64,000 nt of DNA, taken from Opitutia bacterium. Its GTDB lineage: Bacteria > Verrucomicrobiota > Verrucomicrobiia > Opitutales > Opitutaceae. The position numbers were made by a program, and so were the translations under genes. The notes beneath the pieces are model-generated. The model did not search any database, was not told the origin of the DNA, and saw nothing but the letters and a program-made list of their open reading frames with translations. The stretch spans positions 480,001 through 544,000 of the forward strand of contig CANJVR010000001.1 in the NCBI GenBank assembly GCA_947478395.1, written 5' to 3'. Shown here piece by piece: positions 38,884 to 48,404 of the stretch. The number at the start of each line of letters is the position of its first letter. The stretch's first letter is position 1.

Positions 38884-40977
38884 ATGGCCTCGCGCTCCAA
38901 AAAGAAATCCTCGCCGCCGGCCCCCGTCTTTTTCGACCGTGAGCTGAGCTGGCTGGCTTTTAATCAACGCGTCCTCGCCCAGGCACAAAGCGACCGACAT
39001 CCGCTGCTCGAACGCGTCCGTTTCCTCGCCATCGTCAGCTCCAACCTCGACGAATTTTTCGAGATTCGCGTCGCCGGACTCATTCAACAGACCGATTCCG
39101 GCCTCATCGAACCGAGTTCGGATGGCATGTCGCCCGGGGAGGCCCTGCGCCAGATCCACACCCTCGTCACCGAGATGGTGCGCCAGCAATACAACTGCTG
39201 GCACGACCAGCTTCTCCCCGCGCTCGCCGCCCAAGGCGTGCATTTTACCTCCGCCAAAGATCTTTCGCCGGCGGAACTCAAATGGGTTCGCGCCTATTTC
39301 CGTGACCAGGTTTATCCGGTCCTGACGCCGCTCGCGCTCGATCAGGCGCATCCGTTTCCGCAGCTCGGTAACAAGACGCTCAACGTCATCGTTTCGCTCG
39401 ATAACCCCGACTCCCCGGAGATCGAAAAACTCATCGCGATCCTGCCCGTGCCGCGCATTTTGCCGCGCCTGGTCGTCATCGCCCCGAAAAAAGACGGACC
39501 GCAGCGCACCATTTTTCTCAGCGAGATCATCAAGCTCTGTGCGGGTGAACTTTTTCCCGGTTACACCGTCACCAGCGCCCACGCCTTCCGCGTCACCCGC
39601 AACAGCGATCTCTACATCGACGAGGAAGAATCCGCCAATCTCCTCAAAAAAATCGAAGACGAGCTGCGCAATCTCCGACGCGGCGCGGCCGTGCGGCTTG
39701 AGATTGAGGACGGCGTCGACGCCGAGATCTTTGCGAAATTGTGCGAGCATCTCGCCCTCGCCCAGGAATATGTTTTCCGCATCAACGGTCCGGTCAATCT
39801 GCTGCGGCTGCAGAGCCTCGCCGACATCGAGCGCTCCGACCTGAAATATCCGCCCTTTACGCCCGCCAACGCCACGCCGCTGGCGGATACCACGCGCATC
39901 TTCGATACGCTGCGCGACCAGGATGTGCTGCTGCACCATCCCTACGATTCGTTTCAACCCGTCGTCGATTTCGTCGAGCAGGCCGCGCGTGATCCCCAAG
40001 TGTTCGCCATCAAACAGACGTTCTATCGCACCAGCGGCGACTCGCCCTTGGTTCGCGCGCTCATCGAGGCCTCGAAAAACGGCAAGCAGGTCACCGCCCT
40101 AGTCGAACTGAAAGCCCGCTTTGACGAAGCGAACAATATTCAGTGGGCGAAGCAGCTCGAAGAAGCCGGCGTGCACGTCGTCTACGGTCTCGTCGGTCAC
40201 AAGACGCACTGCAAACTCTGTCTCGTCGTCCGCCGCGAAGGCCGGCGGATGAAACACTACGCTCATCTGGGGACCGGCAACTACAACCCGCGTACGGCCC
40301 GGCTCTACACCGATCTCAGCTACTTCACCACGCGCGCCGGCATCACGAAGGACGTCGCGCAGCTGTTCAACACGCTCACCGGGTTTGGTCGTTCTCCCGT
40401 TTTCCGCCACCTGCTTGTGGCGCCCTACAATCTTCACCGGCGCATCGGCGAACTCATCCAACGCGAGGCGAAGAACGCCGCCGCCGGCAAACCCGCGCGC
40501 ATCATCGCAAAGATGAACGCGCTCGTCGACCAAGCGACGATCGAATCCCTCTACGCCGCCTCCCAGGCCGGCGTGAAGATCGACCTCATTGTTCGCGGCG
40601 TCTGCTGTCTCGTCCCCGGCGTGAAGGGGCTCAGCGAAAACATCCGCGTTCGCAGTCTTGTCGGCCGTTTCCTCGAACACGCCCGCGCGATCTATTTCGA
40701 AAACGCCGGCGGCGAACCACTCATTCTTGCCGGCAGTGCCGACTGGATGCCGCGTAATTTTTTCCGCCGCATCGAAGTGGTCTTCCCGATCGACGATCCC
40801 GCATTGCGCCATTGGATGATCCGCGAATTTTTCCCAACCGAACTGCGCGACACGGCGAACGCCTATATCCTGCACGCCAGCGGCGCCTACTCACCGGCGC
40901 GGCACCGCCCGGGCGAGCCCGCCTTTTCCGTCCAGGCCCGCTGTATGGCGGCCGCGAGCAAACGCGCCGGCGGCTGA
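38884..40977 (+). CDS. ppk1: Polyphosphate kinase 1
   Basis: DRELSWLAFNQRVL, SNLDEFFEIRV, LLHHPYDSF, ELKARFDE, KTHCK, GTGNYN, GRFLEH, SADWMPRN. Confidence 0.95.
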   Translation: MASRSKKKSSPPAPVFFDRELSWLAFNQRVLAQAQSDRHPLLERVRFLAIVSSNLDEFFEIRVAGLIQQTDSGLIEPSSDGMSPGEALRQIHTLVTEMVRQQYNCWHDQLLPALAAQGVHFTSAKDLSPAELKWVRAYFRDQVYPVLTPLALDQAHPFPQLGNKTLNVIVSLDNPDSPEIEKLIAILPVPRILPRLVVIAPKKDGPQRTIFLSEIIKLCAGELFPGYTVTSAHAFRVTRNSDLYIDEEESANLLKKIEDELRNLRRGAAVRLEIEDGVDAEIFAKLCEHLALAQEYVFRINGPVNLLRLQSLADIERSDLKYPPFTPANATPLADTTRIFDTLRDQDVLLHHPYDSFQPVVDFVEQAARDPQVFAIKQTFYRTSGDSPLVRALIEASKNGKQVTALVELKARFDEANNIQWAKQLEEAGVHVVYGLVGHKTHCKLCLVVRREGRRMKHYAHLGTGNYNPRTARLYTDLSYFTTRAGITKDVAQLFNTLTGFGRSPVFRHLLVAPYNLHRRIGELIQREAKNAAAGKPARIIAKMNALVDQATIESLYAASQAGVKIDLIVRGVCCLVPGVKGLSENIRVRSLVGRFLEHARAIYFENAGGEPLILAGSADWMPRNFFRRIEVVFPIDDPALRHWMIREFFPTELRDTANAYILHASGAYSPARHRPGEPAFSVQARCMAAASKRAGG

Positions 40978-41278
40978 GCAGGTGCGTTTGCGGCGTAGAG
41001 CGCCTTTGCTCACGAGCTAGCGGGCGACTGGTTGTTGGCGGGGTGCCCTCACCCCGCAGCGGCGTCGCAAATGATCTCACGTCACGCGGGGTGCTGGATG
41101 AATCCGCCTCCATTTTAGCCCAATCGATCCGTCCGCCTTGGGCTTGGTTGCAGCCTCATTTTCGATCGCCGGAATCCCAATCACCCCGCGATCCTTCCGT
41201 TCTCAACGTCACGTCGTCAGCGCGTTTCATTCCAAATCCTGTTTTGCGCCCCACCACGGTCCAATTCCCCTCCTTCTC

Positions 41279-44083
41279 ATGCAACCGAAACCCCGCCGCT
41301 TTCTTTCTCTCTCTTTCGTTGTGCTTGGTCTCGCCGCCTCGGGCGCCCGCGCCGCCTCCGATCCTGTCGTCCCCGTCGGCTGGCTCGGCGGAACGCCCGC
41401 GCCCCTTCCAACCGGCGTCAGCTTCGGCGTTCCATGGCCGCGCGGCACGATGCCGAAAACGCAAGCGTTCGCGCTGACGACCGCCGACGGGAAATCGCTC
41501 CCGGTTCAAACCTGGCCGCTCGCCTACTGGCCCGACGGCTCACTGAAGTGGAGCGGCATCGCCACCGTCGCCGGCCCGACCAACCCAGGTGATTTCAAGC
41601 TCACGCCCGTCGCCGGCAACGTGGCCCCGGCCGCCACTAATCTCGGCGCGATCAAAGTCGTCACGAGCGACAACGCCTACGAAATCGACTCCGGCCGCGC
41701 CAAAATCCGTATTCCCAAAACCGGCGATCGTTTCATCGAATCGATTATCGTCGATGGCCGCGAAGTCGCCCGCGATGCGCGCCTCGTCTGCATCCTCCAA
41801 AACGGGCCGGACGGCGACGTCGATGCGGTGATGCCACGCGAACGCTACACGACCCACGTCCAAAACGTAACGCTCGAGCAATCGGGGCCCGTGCGCGCCG
41901 TCGTTAAAATCGAGGGTCAGCACCGTGGCACAAAAAGTCAGCGCGCTTGGCTGCCGTTCGTCGTGCGACTCTACGTTTATGCCGGACAGGAATCGGTGCG
42001 GATGGTGCACTCGTTTGTCTACGACGGCGACCAGGAGAAAGATTTTATTCGCGGCCTCGGCGTTACCTTCGCCGTACCGATGCGCGAAGAAGTGCAAAAC
42101 CGCCACGTGCGTTTTTCCGGCGAAGGTCAGGGACTTTGGTCCGAGCCGATTCAACCGATGATCGGACGTGGCGGACGCTTCGTCGCCGATCCCGCCACGG
42201 GCGCCGACGTATATCCGACGCAAATCGACGGCCGGCGCGTGCCGAACAAAGCGCAGGTCGACCGACGCGGCCAAGGCTTTCTGAACGACTGGGCAGTGTG
42301 GGATGATTTCAAACTCATCCAGCCAAACGCCGATGGTTTCACCCTCGTCAAACGCACGAACCCCGCCAGCACGTGGCTCGCCGCCGGCTCGGGCAAACGG
42401 GCCTCCGGCTTGGTGTTTGTCGGCGACGTCAGCGGCGGACTCGGCGTGAGTTTGAAGAATTTCTGGCAATCCTATCCCGCCTCGCTCGAGGTGCAGAAAG
42501 CCAGTTCGCCCGCCGCGGAACTCACGGTGTGGCTCTGGTCGCCGGACGCACCCGCGATGGACATGCGCCACTACGATATTCGGGCGCACGGCCTCGAGGC
42601 CGTTTACGAAGATGTGCAACCGGGCTTCAGCACCGCAACCGGCGTGGCCCGCACCAGCGAGTTGACGATTTTCCCGACCGCCGCCGTTCCATCCAAGGAA
42701 GATACCGCAAAAATAGCCCAGATCGGCGCCGCGCCACCCTTGCTTCTCTGCACGCCGCAATATCTGCACGAGGCGCGCGCCTTCGGCGACTGGGGACTCG
42801 AGGATCGCTCGACGCCGGTAAAATCCGCGATCGAGCAACGCCTCGCCGCCACGCTTAATTTTTATCTCACGCAGCCCGGCCAGCACAATTGGTACGGTTT
42901 CTGGGATTTCGGCGACGTCATGCATTCGTACGACGATGAACGCCACACCTGGCGCTACGACCTCGGTGGCATGGCCTGGGACAACTCGGAACTCGGGACC
43001 GACATGTGGCTCTGGTACAGTTTCCTTCGCACCGGCCGCGCCGATGTGTTTCGCATGGCCGAGGCCATGACCCGTCACACCGGCGAAGTAGATTGTTATC
43101 ACCTCGGCCAATTCGCCGGCTTGGGCTCACGTCACAACGTGCGCCACTGGGGCTGCGGCGCGAAGGAAGCGCGCATCAGCCAGGCGGCCTATCGGCGCTT
43201 CTATTATTATCTCACCACGGACGAGCGCGTGGGCGACGTGATGCGTGAAATGCTCAACGCCGATTACAAGACCGTCGACTACGACCCGATGCGGTTAGCG
43301 CAGCCGATTACGGCAGCCGAAAAGAAAATCGCTCCAACGCGGGTGCGCCTCGGGCCGGACTGGTTTGCGTTTGTCGGCAACTGGATGACCGAATGGGAAC
43401 GCACCGGCGACACGAAGTGGCGCGATAAAATTATTGCCGGTGTGGAGAGCTTGAACGCGATGCCGCTCGGCCTCCGCAGCGGCAAGAATCTTGTCTACGG
43501 CTACGATCCCGCGACCGGAAAACTTTATCAGCTCAGCGCTGACGTCGGCACGTACAATCTGGCCACGATCATGGGCGGGGCGGAAGTCGTGTTTGAACTG
43601 AACATGATGCTCGACGATGCCCGCTGGAAAAAACTCTTCCTGCAATACTGCCGCCTCTACAGCGCCCCGAAGGACACGATCCTGCGCGACATGATCAGCG
43701 GCACCGAAGGTGCCGATGCTTCCTTCGTGCGCGACGGACGGCTCGCTTCCTACGTTTACCACGAGACCAAGAATGCCGCTTTCCTCCAAGCCGGCATCGA
43801 CGCGTTGGTGCAAACCGGCCGCGGTGAACGCGCGCGCCCGGTACGACGCGTCGAAGGCGTCGCAACGCTGGAGCCGGTCGACGAAGGCCCGGGCAACACC
43901 AATGGCGCGGCGCAAACCGGTTTGGAAACCATCGCGATGCTCGGCCTAGTCGGAGATCGTTTGCCCACAAATTTTCCGCCCGCGCCGGAAGCCGGCAACA
44001 CACCGGGACGCGGAGCACGGGGTCGCGGACGCGCCAGCCCGCCGCCGGCTGCGCCAATTCCGCCCCAGCCTGTCGCTCCATAA
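41279..44083 (+). CDS. Secreted exo-rhamnogalacturonan lyase-like protein (PL26/YetA-like)
   Basis: GVSFGVPWPRG, WPLAYWPDGSLKW, WYGFWDFGDVMH, AWDNSE, GSRHNVRHWGCGAKE. Confidence 0.75.
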   Translation: MQPKPRRFLSLSFVVLGLAASGARAASDPVVPVGWLGGTPAPLPTGVSFGVPWPRGTMPKTQAFALTTADGKSLPVQTWPLAYWPDGSLKWSGIATVAGPTNPGDFKLTPVAGNVAPAATNLGAIKVVTSDNAYEIDSGRAKIRIPKTGDRFIESIIVDGREVARDARLVCILQNGPDGDVDAVMPRERYTTHVQNVTLEQSGPVRAVVKIEGQHRGTKSQRAWLPFVVRLYVYAGQESVRMVHSFVYDGDQEKDFIRGLGVTFAVPMREEVQNRHVRFSGEGQGLWSEPIQPMIGRGGRFVADPATGADVYPTQIDGRRVPNKAQVDRRGQGFLNDWAVWDDFKLIQPNADGFTLVKRTNPASTWLAAGSGKRASGLVFVGDVSGGLGVSLKNFWQSYPASLEVQKASSPAAELTVWLWSPDAPAMDMRHYDIRAHGLEAVYEDVQPGFSTATGVARTSELTIFPTAAVPSKEDTAKIAQIGAAPPLLLCTPQYLHEARAFGDWGLEDRSTPVKSAIEQRLAATLNFYLTQPGQHNWYGFWDFGDVMHSYDDERHTWRYDLGGMAWDNSELGTDMWLWYSFLRTGRADVFRMAEAMTRHTGEVDCYHLGQFAGLGSRHNVRHWGCGAKEARISQAAYRRFYYYLTTDERVGDVMREMLNADYKTVDYDPMRLAQPITAAEKKIAPTRVRLGPDWFAFVGNWMTEWERTGDTKWRDKIIAGVESLNAMPLGLRSGKNLVYGYDPATGKLYQLSADVGTYNLATIMGGAEVVFELNMMLDDARWKKLFLQYCRLYSAPKDTILRDMISGTEGADASFVRDGRLASYVYHETKNAAFLQAGIDALVQTGRGERARPVRRVEGVATLEPVDEGPGNTNGAAQTGLETIAMLGLVGDRLPTNFPPAPEAGNTPGRGARGRGRASPPPAAPIPPQPVAP

Positions 44084-44086
44084 TAA

Positions 44087-44145
44087 GTAGCGGAACGCGT
44101 GAGCGTTTCGTAGGAGATACGCCCCAGCCTCACGGCTTCCGCTAC
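44087..44145. repeat. GTAG-type REP-like element, family A (complete)
   Basis: GTAGCGGAACGCGTGAG...CTCACGGCTTCCGCTAC imperfect palindrome. Confidence 0.7.
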
Positions 44146-44204
44146 GCCCCAAACGTCCTTTTTAGACGCCCCACCCTAAAATCCAACCGCACCTCTTTTC
44201 AGCG

Positions 44205-47081
44205 ATGACCCTTAAACTCCCTTCACGCGCCGCGGCGCTCGTCATTTTTTTTGGTGGCGCCGCGGCTTTCGCCCAGCCCACGCCTCCACCCGAATTGCAA
44301 TGGCCTGCAGTCACCTCGGTCACCAAACCGTGGTCGCGCTGGTGGTGGCTTGGGAGTATCTCGACCGAAGCGGGCATGCGATCCGAGATGAAGAAATATG
44401 CGGACGCCGGGCTTGGCGGTCTTGAGATCACGCCGATCTACGGCGTTCGCGGCTACGAGCCACAGTTCATCAATTATCTTTCTTCGGCCTGGGTCGACCG
44501 GTTGAGCTTCGTCCTAAAAGAAGCGAAGACGCTCGACCTCGGCGTCGACATGTCCACCGGCACCGGCTGGCCGTTCGGCGGGACCTGGGTCGACGACGCA
44601 GACGCCGCAAAATATCTTGCCCACAAAAGTTTCACCGTCGCCGCCGGCCAGCGCCTCGCGGAACCCATCGCGCTCAAACAGGAGCAAATCCTGACTTTCG
44701 CCGGGCCCACCAAAGTTGAGATCACCGAGCTCAAACGCCCCCTGCGCACGAATCCCAATCTCCCCGAACTCGCGCTCAACCAAGTGCGTTTTCCGGACCT
44801 GTTGCCGTTGAAACTGCTGATGGCCTTTCCCGAAAAGGGCGGAGCGCCGGTCGATCTTACAAGCCGCGTGAACGGCAATGGCCAGCTCGACTGGACCGCG
44901 CCCGCCGACGCCGGCACGTGGACGCTCCATGGCGTTTTTACCGGCCTGCACGGCAAGATGGTCGAACGCGCCGGCCCCGGCTCCGAGGGCCCCGCGATCG
45001 ATCACTTCTCGCAAGAGGCCCTGCAAAAATACTTAAAGCATTTTGAGGACGCCTTCGTCGGGCACGACGTCAGCGGCCTGCGCGGCTACTTCAACGACTC
45101 CTACGAAGTCGACGACGCCAGCGGCGAGTCGAACTTCACCCCGCATTTCTTCGAGGAGTTTCAGCGCCGGCGCGGCTACGATCTGCGTTTGGAATTGCCC
45201 GCGCTCTTCGCCACCGATGGCGGCGAAAAATCCTCCCGCGTGACGAGCGACTACCGCGAAACGGTCTCCGACCTGCTGCTCGATGAGTTTACAGTTCCAT
45301 GGCGCAAATGGGCGGAAAGCCGCGGTGCGATCACGCGCAACCAGGCGCACGGTTCGCCGGCCAACATTCTTGATCTCTACGCCGCGAGTAGCATTCCCGA
45401 ACAGGAAGGCTCGGACATCATCGGCATGAAACTCGCGTCGTCGGCCGCGCACGTCACCGGCAAGCGGCTCGCGTCGGCCGAAGCCGCAACGTGGCTCAAC
45501 GAGCATTTCATCGGCACGCTCGGCGAAGTGAAACGCGTCGTGGACGCATTCTTTCTCGGGGGCATCAATCATAATTGCTACCACGGCACCGCCTATTCTC
45601 CGCCTGACGATCCGTGGCCCGGCTTCCACTTTTACGCCGCGGTCGAACTCAATCCCAGCAACTCGTATTGGGATCACTTTCACGCGTTGAACAGTTATGT
45701 GACGCGCGCCCAGTCGTTTCTCCAGTACGGCCAGCCCGACGAAGACGTGCTGCTCTATTACAACATCCACGACCGTTGGGCGGTTCGCGGGAATGGCGCG
45801 ATGCCGCATTTCAACGGACGCACGGCCGATGGCGGATCGTATCGCTCGGCCCAAGCCTTGATGGGCGCCGGCTACGGTTTTGATTTCGCAAGCGATCGCC
45901 TGCTCACCGGCGTGACGTTTACCAACGGCGCGCTACGCACGGGCGGAGTTTCGTACAAAGCTCTTGTGCTGCCTCCGACGCAGTTGATCCCGCTCGAAAC
46001 GATGAAGAAAGTTTTCGCCCTCGCCGAGCAAGGCGCGACGATCGTCATCGAAGGTGAACCGCCCGCGGACGTTCCGGGCTTCGGTCAGCTCGATGCACGG
46101 CGGGCGGAGTTTAAAAAATTACGCGCGACGTTCGAACAAATCCCCGCGGCGGAAAGAGCGGCCGGGATTGGGCAACTTATTTGGGGCAAGGGCCGTATTT
46201 TGGTCGGAGCGAATCTGCCCGCCCTGCTGGCGCGAGCCGGCATCGCGCGCGAAACGATGGTCGACCAGCATCTGGCTTTTGTCCGCCGTAGCGAAGGCAC
46301 CGGACACCACTACTTCATCATCAACCGCGGCGAAGCGGCATTCAACGGCTGGGTCACCATCGCGACGCCCGCAAAAGCGACGGCGGTTTTCGATCTGATG
46401 AGCGGCGCGAGCGGAGTCGGCGCCACCCGCACGAACGCCGACGGCAGCAGCGCGGTGTTTCTCCAACTCGCTCCCGGCGCTTCGTACGTAGTGCGCACAT
46501 TGTCCGCGGCGCCCAGCGCGCCTCGCTGGGCAAATTGGCAACCGCACGGCGAAGCCCACCCCCTGCAGGGCGAATGGAACGTCACCTTCATCAAGGGCGG
46601 GCCCACGTTGCCTCCAGCCTTCCGCACGACCGAACTCAAATCTTGGACGGAGCTGGGCGCCGATGAAACCAAGGCGTTTTCCGGGCAGGGACGGTACACC
46701 TTGAACTTCGCGCGTCCGAGCGGAGAAAATCCTGCGTGGGCGCTCGACTTGGGCGTGGTCGCAGAGAGCGCACAGGTCGTACTGAACGGCCACGCTCTCG
46801 GCACCCTGTTCACCCCGCCCTATCGCGTCACTGTGCCCCGTGCGTGGTTGCAGGAGCGCAACACGATCGAAATCACGGTGGCGAACGTGATGGCCAATCG
46901 CATTGCCGATATGGATCGCCGCGGCGTGCCGTGGAAAAAATTCTACGATACGAATATGCCAGCGCGTCGCCGGGAGAACGCCGGTGCGGACGGGCTTTTC
47001 AGCGCCGCCGCCTGGAAGCCCCGCCCGTCAGGCTTGCTTGGTCCTGTGACGCTAACCGCGCTCGACGAGCAAGCGCCGTAG
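44205..47081 (+). CDS. Glycoside hydrolase, GH106 alpha-L-rhamnosidase-like
   Basis: Signal peptide, KPWSRWWWLG, GLGGLEITPIYG, GTGWPFGG, FNDSYEV, QAHGSP, PSGLLGPV. Confidence 0.8.
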   Translation: MTLKLPSRAAALVIFFGGAAAFAQPTPPPELQWPAVTSVTKPWSRWWWLGSISTEAGMRSEMKKYADAGLGGLEITPIYGVRGYEPQFINYLSSAWVDRLSFVLKEAKTLDLGVDMSTGTGWPFGGTWVDDADAAKYLAHKSFTVAAGQRLAEPIALKQEQILTFAGPTKVEITELKRPLRTNPNLPELALNQVRFPDLLPLKLLMAFPEKGGAPVDLTSRVNGNGQLDWTAPADAGTWTLHGVFTGLHGKMVERAGPGSEGPAIDHFSQEALQKYLKHFEDAFVGHDVSGLRGYFNDSYEVDDASGESNFTPHFFEEFQRRRGYDLRLELPALFATDGGEKSSRVTSDYRETVSDLLLDEFTVPWRKWAESRGAITRNQAHGSPANILDLYAASSIPEQEGSDIIGMKLASSAAHVTGKRLASAEAATWLNEHFIGTLGEVKRVVDAFFLGGINHNCYHGTAYSPPDDPWPGFHFYAAVELNPSNSYWDHFHALNSYVTRAQSFLQYGQPDEDVLLYYNIHDRWAVRGNGAMPHFNGRTADGGSYRSAQALMGAGYGFDFASDRLLTGVTFTNGALRTGGVSYKALVLPPTQLIPLETMKKVFALAEQGATIVIEGEPPADVPGFGQLDARRAEFKKLRATFEQIPAAERAAGIGQLIWGKGRILVGANLPALLARAGIARETMVDQHLAFVRRSEGTGHHYFIINRGEAAFNGWVTIATPAKATAVFDLMSGASGVGATRTNADGSSAVFLQLAPGASYVVRTLSAAPSAPRWANWQPHGEAHPLQGEWNVTFIKGGPTLPPAFRTTELKSWTELGADETKAFSGQGRYTLNFARPSGENPAWALDLGVVAESAQVVLNGHALGTLFTPPYRVTVPRAWLQERNTIEITVANVMANRIADMDRRGVPWKKFYDTNMPARRRENAGADGLFSAAAWKPRPSGLLGPVTLTALDEQAP

Positions 47082-47439
47082 GGATTTTGAGCGCCGGCGC
47101 GAGCCAGCCCAAAAGAATCATGCCTGAATCAAGCAGAGGCATGATTCACCGATTTCACGGAGCCGAAACCCAGAGCGGCAGAGGATGCCCGCGTCTTTGG
47201 CTCCGCGAACGCTAGGTCCGAGCCCCGTACGCACTGTGGCGAAAAATTCCTCACGGAAAGCGTGCTCGGTGCGGACCAGCTCGCGCTCGGAAAGAACTCA
47301 AAAGCCTAGGTTTGGAATCCGTGGTCAGATTGAGCCCCGAAATTTAGAAATAATCCTTCGCTGGGCCGCGACTCGCTAAATTTTTCCGCTCTCTGGCCGT
47401 TGTTCTCGGCGGACTCGCGCAGGTGCTCACGACGTGGGC

Positions 47440-47638
47440 CGCGCAGGGACGGCGCGGCGGCTGGACGCCAGTTAAAGCGCCTCGAATTGAAAGCCGGCTT
47501 TTCCCCGGCGGCGGCATCCTCCCGGCTCTTACAGTTGCGGCGGATGCGGACGCCGTTGAGGTCGCCATCGACGCGAAACGATAAGACCGCCTTCCGGTAC
47601 TTAAACCGGCTGACCGCAAACCTAGGTTAGAGGAGCAT
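47440..47638 (-). pseudogene. Decayed N-terminal fragment of a tyrosine integrase homologous to 56029-57276
   Basis: MLL*PRFAVSRFKYRKAVLSFRVDGDLNGVRIRRNCKSREDAAA aligns by eye to FTVTRFLNRNGVTSWRVDGRLHGLRIRRNFKTREEAGA; stop at codon 4 and a later frameshift. Confidence 0.8.
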
Positions 47639-47701
47639 GCTTAGGTTACCGCGCCAACTGGGCAACCTAGCTTCGGATCTTATCCCCTCGGCGGCGAAAA
47701 A

Positions 47702-47726
47702 TGGCGGAGAGGGAGGGATTCGAACC
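47702..47726 (-). repeat. att site: 25-bp duplication of the tRNA-Ser 3' end
   Basis: TGGCGGAGAGGGAGGGATTCGAACC is identical at 47702-47726 and 57341-57365. Confidence 0.95.
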
Positions 47727-47892
47727 TGAATCTCCGCTGCCAGCTAAGTTCCGGATTAACGCGGACTTAGTTGATGGTTAGTGGTTTAGAACGTGAAGAG
47801 AGAAGCAGATAAATGCGGAAAAGTGAAGGCAAAAACAGCGGATTGGACAACCTTTTGGCAACCTGATCGGTGGCAATTTACGCGGCTGTTGG

Positions 47893-48312
47893 TCACGTGT
47901 TCGCGACGCGATACGTTGGCTTGAAAAAGCCCACTGCACCTTTGCATTCGCGGAAGGGCAAAGGGCGGGCGTCTTCCAATACCCACCCCCACGGGGAGGT
48001 GTCTTTCCAGACCGAGCCATGCCGCCGCACGCAGGCCGTGATCGTGGCGACGCCGACGATGCCGCCGATGTCGTGCTCAAGCGGGATTTTGCGCCCGGCC
48101 CACGCGTTCCACTGCGTCCAGTCTTCTTCGTCGATGGCGGGGAACGTGGACGAGGCGTGGATGAGCACGCGTTTGGGCAACGTGACGAGGCGATAGGAGC
48201 GGTTTTCGATGTCCTTGATGCCTTGGGCAATCAGCCACGCCCACGGCTGGCGCACACTGAGGGCCATCAGGGATTTTTTGTCGTCGTTCCAGGTCGCGGT
48301 GCGGGAGTTCAT
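47893..48312 (-). CDS. ASCH domain protein
   Basis: ALSVRQPWAWLIAQGIKDIENR (GxKxxExR), LIHAS, GGIVG, KGAVGFF. Confidence 0.88.
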   Translation of the reverse strand: MNSRTATWNDDKKSLMALSVRQPWAWLIAQGIKDIENRSYRLVTLPKRVLIHASSTFPAIDEEDWTQWNAWAGRKIPLEHDIGGIVGVATITACVRRHGSVWKDTSPWGWVLEDARPLPFRECKGAVGFFKPTYRVANT

Positions 48313-48404
48313 GAGTTGTTGGAGATGGTGCCGACTTCGATCATATGGTCGGATCCAACGATATGATCGTCCGCGCTAACGGTCGATGTGAAGCAGGCAT
48401 GGTT

